DNA of 64,000 nucleotides from assembly GCA_964291495.2 (NCBI GenBank), contig OZ219874.1:47440-111439 (forward strand), written 5' to 3'. A program made the translations under genes and the position numbers. The stretch's first letter is position 1. The number at the start of each line of letters is the position of its first letter. Of the stretch, positions 54,757 to 63,169 are shown piece after piece. The stretch is from Dehalococcoidia bacterium. GTDB taxonomy: Bacteria; Chloroflexota; Dehalococcoidia; UBA2979. The notes below the pieces were generated by a model. The model saw nothing but the letters and a program-made list of their open reading frames with translations. It made no database searches and was not told the origin of the DNA.

Positions 54757-55182
54757 ATGATTCGGATCATGCTGCGTTCCAAGATCCACCGCGCCACGGT
54801 GACGGCGGCGGACCTCGACTACGAGGGCTCGATCAGCATTGACCAGGCGCTGCTCGACGCCTCCGGCATCGTCGAGTGGGAGCAGGTGCACGTGCTCAAT
54901 CTGACCAACGGCGCGCGCCTCGAGACCTACGTGATCCCGGCGCCCGCGGGCTCCGGCGAGATCCAGATCAACGGCGCCGCGGCGCACCTCGTCGATCCCG
55001 GTGACATGGTCATCATCATGGCCTACGAGGGCGTCTCCGAGGCTCGCCTCGCCGAGCACCGCCCGCGCATCGTGCTCGTCGACGAGCGCAACCAGGTCGC
55101 ATCCATCTCATCCACCAACCTCGTCAACGGGGCCCACCCGGTGGAGTCGCCGGGGCCAGTCGTACAGGGGGCAGCACGATGA
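54757..55182 (+). CDS. panD: Aspartate 1-decarboxylase
   Basis: MLRSKIHRATVTAADLDYEGSISID (pyruvoyl-forming G-S site) .. Confidence 0.9.
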   Translation: MIRIMLRSKIHRATVTAADLDYEGSISIDQALLDASGIVEWEQVHVLNLTNGARLETYVIPAPAGSGEIQINGAAAHLVDPGDMVIIMAYEGVSEARLAEHRPRIVLVDERNQVASISSTNLVNGAHPVESPGPVVQGAAR

Positions 55183-56159
55183 GCGCAGGCATGAAGCGGG
55201 TGAGCGTCAGCGACCTGCAGCGGATGCGCCGCACGAACCAGCGGATCACGATGATCACGGCCTACGACTACCCGAGCGCGAAGCTCGCCGATGAGGCCGG
55301 CGTCCCGGTCATCCTCGTCGGGGACTCGCTCGGGATGGTCGTCCTCGGCTACGAGTCGACCCTCCCCGTGACGGTGGAGGACATGATTCACCACGGCTCG
55401 GCCGTGATGCGAGGCTCGGAGCGCGCGCACGTCGTCGTCGATATGCCGTTCGGTTCCTACCAGGCCGGCTGGAAGGATGCGCTGCGCAACGCAGCGCGGA
55501 TCATGCAGGAGACCGGGTGCGGCTCCGTGAAGCTCGAGGGCGGACAGCGCTCGGCGGGCATCGTCAAGCGCCTCGTCGAGGCGGGCATCCCGGTGATGGG
55601 TCATGTCGGCCTCACTCCGCAGTCCGTGAACGCGATGGGCGGCTACAAGATCCAGGGACGCACCCCACGCGATGCCGTGCGTGTCCTCAACGACGCGAAG
55701 GCGCTGGAGGAGGCCGGCGCCTTCGCGATCGTGCTCGAGGTCGTGCCTGCCATCGTCGCCTGGCGCATCACCGAGCGGCTCAGCGTGCCGACAATCGGCA
55801 TCGGCGCCGGGCCGTACTGCAGCGGGCAGGTGCAGGTCTTCCACGACATGCTCGGCCTGGACCCGGACATGGACCCGCGGCACGCGCGGCGCTTCATCGA
55901 GGGCGGCGATCTGGTCCGCAACGCCATCACCGAGTACCGCGAGGCCGTCGAGGATGGCAGCTTCCCCAGTCCCGCCGAGTCGTTCTTCCTCGACGCCGCC
56001 AGGCGGCAGCACATCGAGGCGACGCTCGCACGCCACGCGCGCGAAGCCGCGCTGCCGCCCGGCCGTGCGCAGGCCTCCGACAGCGGGCACACGCCCGACA
56101 GCGCGCACGAGGGCGTAGACGCGGAAGTCGCGATGCTCGAAGAGGACGAGGTCGTCTAG
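55179..56159 (+). CDS. panB: 3-methyl-2-oxobutanoate hydroxymethyltransferase (with ~55-aa C-terminal tail)
   Basis: ITMITAYDYPSAKLADEAGVPVILVGDSLGMVVLGY..VKLEGG..PVMGHVGLTPQ.. Confidence 0.9.
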   Translation: MSAGMKRVSVSDLQRMRRTNQRITMITAYDYPSAKLADEAGVPVILVGDSLGMVVLGYESTLPVTVEDMIHHGSAVMRGSERAHVVVDMPFGSYQAGWKDALRNAARIMQETGCGSVKLEGGQRSAGIVKRLVEAGIPVMGHVGLTPQSVNAMGGYKIQGRTPRDAVRVLNDAKALEEAGAFAIVLEVVPAIVAWRITERLSVPTIGIGAGPYCSGQVQVFHDMLGLDPDMDPRHARRFIEGGDLVRNAITEYREAVEDGSFPSPAESFFLDAARRQHIEATLARHAREAALPPGRAQASDSGHTPDSAHEGVDAEVAMLEEDEVV

Positions 56160-56198
56160 CCCCGCAGGCCGGTGACGCTCAATGGCGGTGATGCCTCG

Positions 56199-57041
56199 AT
56201 GATGATCGTCGCGCGCACGATCGGGGACTTGCGCGCTGCGTTGCGCGCGCCGGCCGCGCCGATCGGCCTCGTGCCCACCATGGGCTACCTGCACGAGGGC
56301 CACCTCTCGCTCGTCGAAGCGGCTCGGGCGGAGTGCCCGACCGTCGTCGTCTCGATCTTCGTGAACCCGACCCAGTTCGGCCCCAACGAGGACTTCGAGG
56401 ACTACCCGCGCGACGAGGACCGCGACCTCGAGCTGCTCGGCGAGGCAGGCGCGGACATCGCCTTCATCCCGTCAGTCGAGGAGATCTACCCGCCAGGCGA
56501 CTCCACCCGCGTGCGCGTCGGCGGGCTGACGGAGGTGCTCGAGGGCGAGCGCCGTCCCGGCCACTTCGAGGGCGTCGCGACCGTGGTCTCCCGGCTCTAC
56601 CTGATGGTGGCGCCGGACCGCGCCTACTTCGGTGAGAAGGACGCGCAGCAGCTCGCCGTGCTGAGGCGCATGACGGCGGACATGCAGTTCCCGATCGAGG
56701 TCGTCGGCTGCCCCACGGTGCGCGAGCCGGACGGCCTCGCGCTCTCCTCGCGCAACATCTACCTCACGCCCGAGGAGCGCGCGCAGGCACCGGCATTGCA
56801 CGCGGGCCTCCAGGCCGCCGCCGCGGCCTTCGAGAACGGCGTGCGCGACGCCTCGGCGCTCCGGGCGGTGGTGCGCGACCATATCGCCGCGCAACCGCTG
56901 GCGGAGATCGACTACGTCTCGCTCGCCGACTCGGCGACGCTGACGGAACTCGATGGGCTGATCAAGCCGCCCGCGCTGCTCTCGCTGGCGGTGCGCTTCG
57001 GAGCCGCGAGGCTGATCGACAACGTGACGCTGCGCGCCTAG
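56199..57041 (+). CDS. panC: Pantoate-beta-alanine ligase
   Basis: ..LVPTMGYLHEGHLSLV..VVSIFVNPTQFGPNEDF..YPR..GHFEGVATVV..FGEKDAQQ. ATG 56199 preferred over GTG 56172. Confidence 0.9.
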   Translation: MMIVARTIGDLRAALRAPAAPIGLVPTMGYLHEGHLSLVEAARAECPTVVVSIFVNPTQFGPNEDFEDYPRDEDRDLELLGEAGADIAFIPSVEEIYPPGDSTRVRVGGLTEVLEGERRPGHFEGVATVVSRLYLMVAPDRAYFGEKDAQQLAVLRRMTADMQFPIEVVGCPTVREPDGLALSSRNIYLTPEERAQAPALHAGLQAAAAAFENGVRDASALRAVVRDHIAAQPLAEIDYVSLADSATLTELDGLIKPPALLSLAVRFGAARLIDNVTLRA

Positions 57042-57130
57042 CGGCAGCGCGCCGGTGCTACCATGCCCGTACCTGTCGTGAAGCCTGTGAAGCGGCGTGC
57101 GCGCCTCGTCGCCGTTCTCGGGAGGGGTTC

Positions 57131-57883
57131 GTGTCCGGTCACTCCAAGTGGTCCTCGATCAAGCACAAGAAGGCGGCGACCGACGCCAAGCGCGGCCAGC
57201 TCTTCACCAAGCTCGCGCGTGACATCACCGTCGCGGCTCGCGGCGGGGCTGACCCCGACATGAACTCGGCGCTGCGCCTCGCGATCCAGAAGGCGCGCGA
57301 CAGCAACATGCCCGGGGCCAACGTCGAGCGCGCTATCCAGCGCGCCACGGGCGGCGGGGATGGCGCCACCCTCGAGGAGATCGTCTACGAGGGCTACGCG
57401 CCCGGCGGGACGGCGGTGCTGATCCAGACCGTCACGGACAACCGCAACCGCACCGTCGCCGACATCCGCGTCACGCTGAACCGCGGCGGCGGCACGCTCG
57501 CCGAGAACGGTGCCGTCGTCTGGATGTTCGACCTGCGCGGCGTGATCACACTCGACGCCGCCGGCGCCGACGCCGACGAGATCCAGCTCGCCGCGATCGA
57601 GGCCGGCGCCGAGGACGTCAGCGCCGACGACCAGCTCGTCGAGGTGCTGACCAGCCCCGGCGACCTCGAGGCCGTGCGCGCGGCGCTCACCGAGGCCGGG
57701 TTCACGATCGCCAGCGCCGAGATCGCGCAGGTGGCAAAGAACATGGTCGAGCTCGACGAGAAGAACGCCGCCCAGACGCTGCGCCTGCTCGACCAGCTCG
57801 ACGAGCTCGACGACGTCTCGCGCGTCTACAGCAACGCCGACTTCAGCGACGAGGTGCTCGCCGCGGCCGGCCTCGGGGAGTGA
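57131..57883 (+). CDS. YebC/PmpR-family transcriptional regulator
   Basis: MSGHSKWSSIKHKKAATDAKRGQLFTKLARDITVAAR.. Confidence 0.9.
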   Translation: MSGHSKWSSIKHKKAATDAKRGQLFTKLARDITVAARGGADPDMNSALRLAIQKARDSNMPGANVERAIQRATGGGDGATLEEIVYEGYAPGGTAVLIQTVTDNRNRTVADIRVTLNRGGGTLAENGAVVWMFDLRGVITLDAAGADADEIQLAAIEAGAEDVSADDQLVEVLTSPGDLEAVRAALTEAGFTIASAEIAQVAKNMVELDEKNAAQTLRLLDQLDELDDVSRVYSNADFSDEVLAAAGLGE

Positions 57884-57905
57884 CCGGGGCGTTGGACGGC
57901 GCACG

Positions 57906-58427
57906 GTGAGCGAAGGCATACGGCGCGTGATCGGGATCGATCCCGGCCTCGCCGCCACCGGCTACGGCATCATCGACGGCGACGCCCGGAGCGCCGAGGT
58001 GATCGCCTACGGTGCGATTCGCACGCGCACGCGCTGGAGCCGCGCCGAGCGCCTGCACCACATCCACGAGCAGGTGCGGGCGCTGATCGAGGAGCACCAC
58101 CCGCACGAGCTCGCGATCGAGGAGCCCTACGTGGCGAAGAACGCGCGATCCGCCCTCGCGATCGGGGAGGCGCGGGCGGCGGTGCAGATCGCGGCGGCCG
58201 GACACGCGACCCCCGTCTTCGAGTACCCGCCCGCGACGATCAAGGCCTCGGTGGCCGGCCACGGCGGAGCCTCGAAGGAGCAGGTGCAGGCGATGGTCAC
58301 GCTGCAGCTCGGGCTTGCCGAGGCGCCGACACCACTGGACGCCGCCGACGCGCTCGCGATCGCCCTCACGCGGCTCGCCGAGGTCGATTTCGAGGCGCGG
58401 CTCGCCGGTAGCGGGAGCGGGCCGTGA
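57906..58427 (+). CDS. ruvC: Holliday junction resolvase RuvC
   Basis: VIGIDPGLAATGYGIID..LAIEEPYVAKNARSALAIGEARA..DAADALAIAL. Confidence 0.9.
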   Translation: MSEGIRRVIGIDPGLAATGYGIIDGDARSAEVIAYGAIRTRTRWSRAERLHHIHEQVRALIEEHHPHELAIEEPYVAKNARSALAIGEARAAVQIAAAGHATPVFEYPPATIKASVAGHGGASKEQVQAMVTLQLGLAEAPTPLDAADALAIALTRLAEVDFEARLAGSGSGP

Positions 58428-59047
58428 TCGCGGCGCTGAGCGGCCCCCTCGTGCGCTGGGACGCCGAGCGCTCCTCGCTCTGGATCCTGGCGGGCGGCAT
58501 CACCTACGAGGTACACATGCCCGCCTTCGCCGCCGACTGGGCCGCCGGCCACCAGCAGGGCGAGGAGGTGCAGGTCTTCACCTACTACCACGCCACCGAG
58601 CGCCAGCCGCTGCCCACCCTCTACGGCTTCCCGCACATGGCCGAGCGCGAGTTCTTCCGCAAGTTCATCGAGGTGCCGGACGTCGGGCCGGCCAAGGCGG
58701 TGCGCGCGCTCACCCGTCCCGTCTCCGAGATCGCCGGCTGGATCGAGGCGGAGGACCAGCGCTCGCTGCGCCAGTTGCCCGGCATCGGCGAACGCCTCGC
58801 CCAGACGATCGTCGCGCACCTGCGCGGCAAGGTCGTGCAGGAGGCGCTGCTCCGTGACGCCCTCGAAGGCGAGCGCGAGCCCACCCCCGACGTGCGCGAC
58901 GACGCCGTCGAGGCGCTCGTGACGCTCCAGTACTCCCGCCGCGAGGCCACGAACCTCGTCGCCGACGCGCTGGCAGCGGACCCGCCGCCGAGTACGCTGG
59001 AGGACGTGCTCCGCTCCGTCCTCGAGCAGCGCGCGCCTTCGGCGTAA
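58424..59047 (+). CDS. ruvA: Holliday junction branch-migration protein RuvA
   Basis: MIAALSG..LYGF....EREFFRKFIEVPDVGPAKAVRAL..LPGIGERLAQTIVAHL. Confidence 0.9.
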   Translation: MIAALSGPLVRWDAERSSLWILAGGITYEVHMPAFAADWAAGHQQGEEVQVFTYYHATERQPLPTLYGFPHMAEREFFRKFIEVPDVGPAKAVRALTRPVSEIAGWIEAEDQRSLRQLPGIGERLAQTIVAHLRGKVVQEALLRDALEGEREPTPDVRDDAVEALVTLQYSRREATNLVADALAADPPPSTLEDVLRSVLEQRAPSA

Positions 59048-59077
59048 AGGCCGACGAAGCTCAGCGAGTCTCGGCGG

Positions 59078-59266
59078 TCAACTCACTATCGAGGCGACGG
59101 CGGCCGCGATCGCTGCGGCCGCGGCCATCCCGGCGAGTATCGTCGCGACCGTCCACCTGATCAGCCGGATCTCGAGCTCCGCGAGATCGGCATTTGTCAG
59201 TAGATGTTGAAGCGTGAGCTCGATGCGTGTCACGCGAGCAGCGAGGGAGTCGGCGTGCATGGTCAT
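59078..59266 (-). CDS. Small coiled-coil plus C-terminal TM protein
   Basis: ATG at 59266 lies directly after the stop of the upstream gene. MTMHADSLAARVTRIELTLQHLLTNADLAELEIRLIRWTVATILAGMAAAAAIAAAVASIVS. Confidence 0.4.
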   Translation of the reverse strand: MTMHADSLAARVTRIELTLQHLLTNADLAELEIRLIRWTVATILAGMAAAAAIAAAVASIVS

Positions 59267-59835
59267 GCGCTGGACTCCGTCCCAGGTGGCCGTGCTGGCC
59301 CCGGGCAAAGAGTCCGAATCGAGGCTTGGCTATGCTCCAGAGCGATGTGGCCAGCGGGGCTCCTGATCTCCCGGTACAACTCGAAGTAGATGTCGTCGAG
59401 GACGAGATGCGAGCCATCCTCAAGAGAGATCACATTGATGTACTGTGGCTGGCCGGGCTGGCGATGACCCCGCCACTTCGCGAAGTCCGTGAGCGCCGTT
59501 CCCTCGGGGATGTCAAGAATGATGTGCCCCTCCCACCATCCACCAGCCTTTGATGATGAATCCCACCGGATGACGGTTGCGGGACCCGCGATGGGAAAGT
59601 CCACCATCCGGGAAATCGAGATGTCTACAAACTGGTCAGGGTCGTCGCCTGGATCGCAGTGGCGCAGTAGCGGAACACCCGTCCCCGATTCCTGACCGCC
59701 GAACAGGACGACGAGAGCGACTGCGATAGCGAGGATGGCAGCGGCCCGGCCTGCGGTTCGGGAGGCCCAGCCCGACAGGATGCGCCCGATGCGCTTCCCT
59801 ACCGTCGATGGACTGAGGCGCATGAGCATCAGCAT
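59263..59835 (-). CDS. Membrane-anchored hypothetical protein
   Basis: 190 aa. TM segment AAAILAIAVALVVLF, then a globular part ..VDFPIAGPATVIRWDSSSKAGGWWEGHIILDIPEGT.. The local DNA is visibly less GC-rich than its flanks. Confidence 0.5.
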   Translation of the reverse strand: MLMLMRLSPSTVGKRIGRILSGWASRTAGRAAAILAIAVALVVLFGGQESGTGVPLLRHCDPGDDPDQFVDISISRMVDFPIAGPATVIRWDSSSKAGGWWEGHIILDIPEGTALTDFAKWRGHRQPGQPQYINVISLEDGSHLVLDDIYFELYREIRSPAGHIALEHSQASIRTLCPGPARPPGTESSA

Positions 59836-59885
59836 CCTCTGTTCGCGTCAACAGCGCAGTCTAGGGCCATAGCGCGCGCTCCCGT

Positions 59886-61244
59886 CTACTCCCGCTCCGC
59901 CTCGTCACCCAGCTCGCCCGGCACGTAGTAGGTGTTGCCCTCGGCGGAGGGCGGGCGGTGGGTTTGCGAGGGCGGGGTGTGGCCCTCGTAGTCGTGGGCG
60001 TACTGGTAGCCACGGCCGAAGCCGAGGTCGCGCATCAGCCGCGTGGCCGCGTTGCGCAGGTGCAGCGGGACCGGCTCGTTGCGCGTGCGCTCGGCGTCCT
60101 GCGCGGCGCGCTGGTAGGCCGCGTAGGCGCTGTTCGACTTCGGCGCGCGCGCCAGGTAGACGGTCGCCTCGGCGAGCGGCAGCCGCGCCTCCGGCATGCC
60201 GAGGAAGTGCACCGCCTGCTGCGCCGCCATCGCCAGCGGCAGCGCCGCCGGATCGGCGAGTCCGATGTCCTCGGCCGCGAGGATCACGACGCGGCGCGCG
60301 ACGAAGAGCGGGTCCTCGCCGGCCTCGAGCATGCGCGCGAGCCAGTAGAGCGCCCCGTCCGGGTCCGAGTCGCGGACCGACTTGATGTAGGCGGAGATGT
60401 GGTCGTAGTGAGCGTCGCCCTCGCGGTCATAGAGCAGCGTTGGGTGCTGGCCGGCCGCCTCGACAGCCTCGCGCGTTACGGCGCGCTCGCCGTCTGCCGA
60501 GGGCTGCACGGTCGTCGCGGCCAACTCGAGCAGGTTGAGGGCGGCCCGCGCGTCGCCGCCCGCGAGGTGGACGATCGCGCCCAGCGCGCCTTCGTCGACG
60601 CTCACCTGCCGCTCGTGCAGCCGCTCGTCGCGATCGAGGGCGCGCGTCACGATCGCGCGCAGCGCGTCGCCGTCGAGCGGGCGCAGCACGAAGACGCGGG
60701 CTCTCGAGAGCAGCGGCGCGACGACGTGGAACGACGGGTTCTCGGTGGTCGCGCCGATCACCGTAACGGCGCCCTCCTCGACGTGCGGGAGGACGGCGTC
60801 CTGCTGGTTGCGGCTGAAGCGGTGCAGCTCGTCGATGAAGAGGATCGTCTCGATACCGGAGATGCGGCGGCGCTCGCGCGCCTCGGAGACCACGCGGCGG
60901 ATGTCGGCGACGCCGGAGTCGACCGCCGAGAGCGGCTCGAAGCGGCGGCTGGTGGTGCGCGCGATGATCGCGGCCAGCGTCGTCTTGCCGGAGCCCGGCG
61001 GCCCCCAGAGCACCAGCGAGGGCGTCTCGTCCCGCTCGATCATCCCGCGCAGCGGGCTGCCGGGCCCCACCACGTCCTCCTGCCCGACGAAGTCATCGAG
61101 CGTCTCGGGACGCATCCGGGTGGCGAGCGGAGCGGCCTTTGCGCCGGGGCCCACGGCGCCGCTTGGCAGGCGCGGCTCGTCGGCCTCGAACAGATCGGTC
61201 TGGAGGCCGGGCGGGACTCGTCGGCTGCGGCGGCCGCTGCCCAT
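59886..61244 (-). CDS. rarA: Replication-associated recombination protein A (AAA+ ATPase)
   Basis: ATG 61244. PLATRMRPETLDDFVGQEDVVGPG..LVLWGPPGSGKTTLA..ILFIDELHRFSRNQQD..YQYAHDY. Confidence 0.9.
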   Translation of the reverse strand: MGSGRRSRRVPPGLQTDLFEADEPRLPSGAVGPGAKAAPLATRMRPETLDDFVGQEDVVGPGSPLRGMIERDETPSLVLWGPPGSGKTTLAAIIARTTSRRFEPLSAVDSGVADIRRVVSEARERRRISGIETILFIDELHRFSRNQQDAVLPHVEEGAVTVIGATTENPSFHVVAPLLSRARVFVLRPLDGDALRAIVTRALDRDERLHERQVSVDEGALGAIVHLAGGDARAALNLLELAATTVQPSADGERAVTREAVEAAGQHPTLLYDREGDAHYDHISAYIKSVRDSDPDGALYWLARMLEAGEDPLFVARRVVILAAEDIGLADPAALPLAMAAQQAVHFLGMPEARLPLAEATVYLARAPKSNSAYAAYQRAAQDAERTRNEPVPLHLRNAATRLMRDLGFGRGYQYAHDYEGHTPPSQTHRPPSAEGNTYYVPGELGDEAERE

Positions 61245-61321
61245 ACGCCAGTCTAGGCCGTCGCGCGCCGGGATGTGGCGGCCGCGGCCTCGAGGCCCGG
61301 AGGGCCCGGCCGTGCCGCAAC

Positions 61322-61361
61322 GTTGGAGTGCCCTCCAACCGCACATTGGAGTATGCTCCAA
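61322..61361. promoter_or_regulatory. Two tandem inverted repeats (candidate operator) in the rarA/thiolase divergent intergenic region
   Basis: GTTGGAG-tgcc-CTCCAAC, then cgcaca, then TTGGAG-tatg-CTCCAA. The second overlaps a TATGCT -10-like hexamer. Confidence 0.45.
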
Positions 61362-61405
61362 CGTCGGAGCGGCCTGGGCACGGCAGCGGCCCGCCGCAGG
61401 AGAGG

Positions 61406-62590
61406 ATGGAGCGAGTGAGCGATCGATCAATCCGCGGCGCCGCCGCGATCACAGGCTTCGCCGAGATCAAGCCCGAACGGCGCAAGCCGGGCCGCACCGC
61501 GGTCGGGCTGGCCGCCGAGTTGGCGAAGAACTGCGTCGAGGACGCGGGACTGACGAAGGACCAGGTCAACGGCCTGATCACGCACATCCCGTTCTCCCAC
61601 AACATCGAGTTCGCCGAGTATCTCGGCCTCAAGCCGGTCTGGTCGCACAGCGTCGACCAGATGGGTGGATCCGGGGCGACGAGCCTCACGGTGGCGGCGG
61701 CGGCGGTGGCCACAGGCCTCGCGGACAACGTGCTCGTCATCGTCTGCTCCAGCCAGTGGGGCGGCTTCGGCGGTGGCACCGAGGCCTCCCCGGACGGCCA
61801 CGGCGCGCAGTACGTGCGCGCCCACGGCCCCGGCCCCGGCGCGAACTACGAGTACGCGCAGATCGCGATGCGCTACCAGCACCTCTACAACCTCAGCGAC
61901 GAGGACCGCGTCGCGATCGCCGTGCAGCAGCGCGAGAACGCGCAGGCCAACCCGGACGCCGTCTTCTACGGCCAGCCCGCGACCGCCGACGACATCCTCA
62001 ACTCGCGGATGGTCGCCGACCCGCTGCGGCTGCTCGAGTGCGTGATGCCTTGCATCGGGGGCGCGGCGGTGATCGTCAGCGCCGCTGACGAGACCGACTA
62101 CTCGCCGAACCCGCCCGTCTACCTGCTCGGCGCGGGCTGCGCGACGGACCGAGGCGTGCCGGGCCTCTCCTACGCGCCGGACATGACGATCTCGCCGGTC
62201 AAGGTGTCGGCGGAGCGCGCGTTCGCGACCGCGGGCCTGACCCCGCAGGACATGGACATCGCGCAGATCTACGACTGCTACACGATCGCCATCATCTGCG
62301 AGTTCGAGGACGCCGGCTTCGCCCCCAAGGGCGAGGGCGGCCAGTGGTTCGCCTCGCACGACGTGACGTACAAGGGCGAGTTGCCCATCAACACGCACGG
62401 GGGCCAGCTCTCCTTCGGGCAGGCCGGCAGCGGCGGCGGCATGTCGCACGTCGTCGAGGGCGTGCGCCAGATGATGGGCCGCGGCGAGGCCCGCCAGGCG
62501 CACAAGGACCTCAACTACGCGTTCATCAACAACAACGGTGGCGGCCTCAGCGTCGAGGCCTCGCTCGTCCTCGGAAAGGGCGTGGACTAG
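61406..62590 (+). CDS. Thiolase-like protein (SCP-x/non-condensing thiolase type)
   Basis: ATG 61406 after AGGAGAGG. ..IRGAAAITGFAEIKP..VDQMGGSGATSL..INTHGGQLSFGQAGSGGGMSHVVEGVRQ.. Confidence 0.8.
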   Translation: MERVSDRSIRGAAAITGFAEIKPERRKPGRTAVGLAAELAKNCVEDAGLTKDQVNGLITHIPFSHNIEFAEYLGLKPVWSHSVDQMGGSGATSLTVAAAAVATGLADNVLVIVCSSQWGGFGGGTEASPDGHGAQYVRAHGPGPGANYEYAQIAMRYQHLYNLSDEDRVAIAVQQRENAQANPDAVFYGQPATADDILNSRMVADPLRLLECVMPCIGGAAVIVSAADETDYSPNPPVYLLGAGCATDRGVPGLSYAPDMTISPVKVSAERAFATAGLTPQDMDIAQIYDCYTIAIICEFEDAGFAPKGEGGQWFASHDVTYKGELPINTHGGQLSFGQAGSGGGMSHVVEGVRQMMGRGEARQAHKDLNYAFINNNGGGLSVEASLVLGKGVD

Positions 62591-62592
62591 TC

Positions 62593-63009
62593 ATGGCTGA
62601 ACAAGAGCTCCAGCGCCCGCTCCCGGCCTCGAACGCGCTCACCGAGCCGTTCTGGGAGGCGACGAAGCAGCACAAGCTCGTGGCCCAGTACTGCGAGGGC
62701 TGCGACCAGCTCGTCTGGTACCCGCGCGAGATTTGCCCGGGCTGCTGGACGATGGAGGGCATCGAGTGGCAGGAGCTGAGCGGTAAGGGCCGCCTGCACA
62801 CCTTCACCGTGATCCGCCAGGCCGCCGACCCCTGGTTCCAGCAACGCGTCCCCTACGTCTACGGGGTCGTCGAGCTGGACGAGGGCCCGCGCATGATCTC
62901 GGGCATCCAGTGCGAGGTCGAGGACGCCGTCTGCGACATGCCCGTCGAGGCCGTGTTCGAGGACCTGAACGACGACTGGACGATCGTCCAGTTCAAGCCC
63001 GCAAGCTAG
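62593..63009 (+). CDS. DUF35 OB-fold/zinc-ribbon protein (thiolase partner)
   Basis: ..EPFWEATKQHKLVAQYCEGCDQLVWYPREICPGCWT..GKGRLHTFTVI.. Confidence 0.8.
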   Translation: MAEQELQRPLPASNALTEPFWEATKQHKLVAQYCEGCDQLVWYPREICPGCWTMEGIEWQELSGKGRLHTFTVIRQAADPWFQQRVPYVYGVVELDEGPRMISGIQCEVEDAVCDMPVEAVFEDLNDDWTIVQFKPAS

Positions 63010-63048
63010 CAGCGCGACGCCCTCGAGGCGTCCGCTCCAGCTTCAGCG

Positions 63049-63074
63049 AGAGCCGCCCCGGCGGGGGCGGCTCT
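63049..63074 (+). terminator. Intrinsic terminator
   Basis: AGAGCCGCCCC-GGCG-GGGGCGGCTCT (11-bp stem) followed by TTGC. It starts 40 nt after the DUF35 stop. Confidence 0.6.
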
Positions 63075-63169
63075 TTGCATCGGGGGCCGGGCCGGGGCTG
63101 CGGCGATCGTCTTGACAGGCCTGGCCTGCGGGTGAAGATGAGGGCGATCGCGGCGACGAGGAGATCCCG

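Noticed and set aside
61374-61387. Sigma-54-like promoter (cTGGGCACggcagc)
   Set aside because: It does not match TGGCAC-N5-TTGC: there is an extra G in the -24 box and no TTGC at -12.
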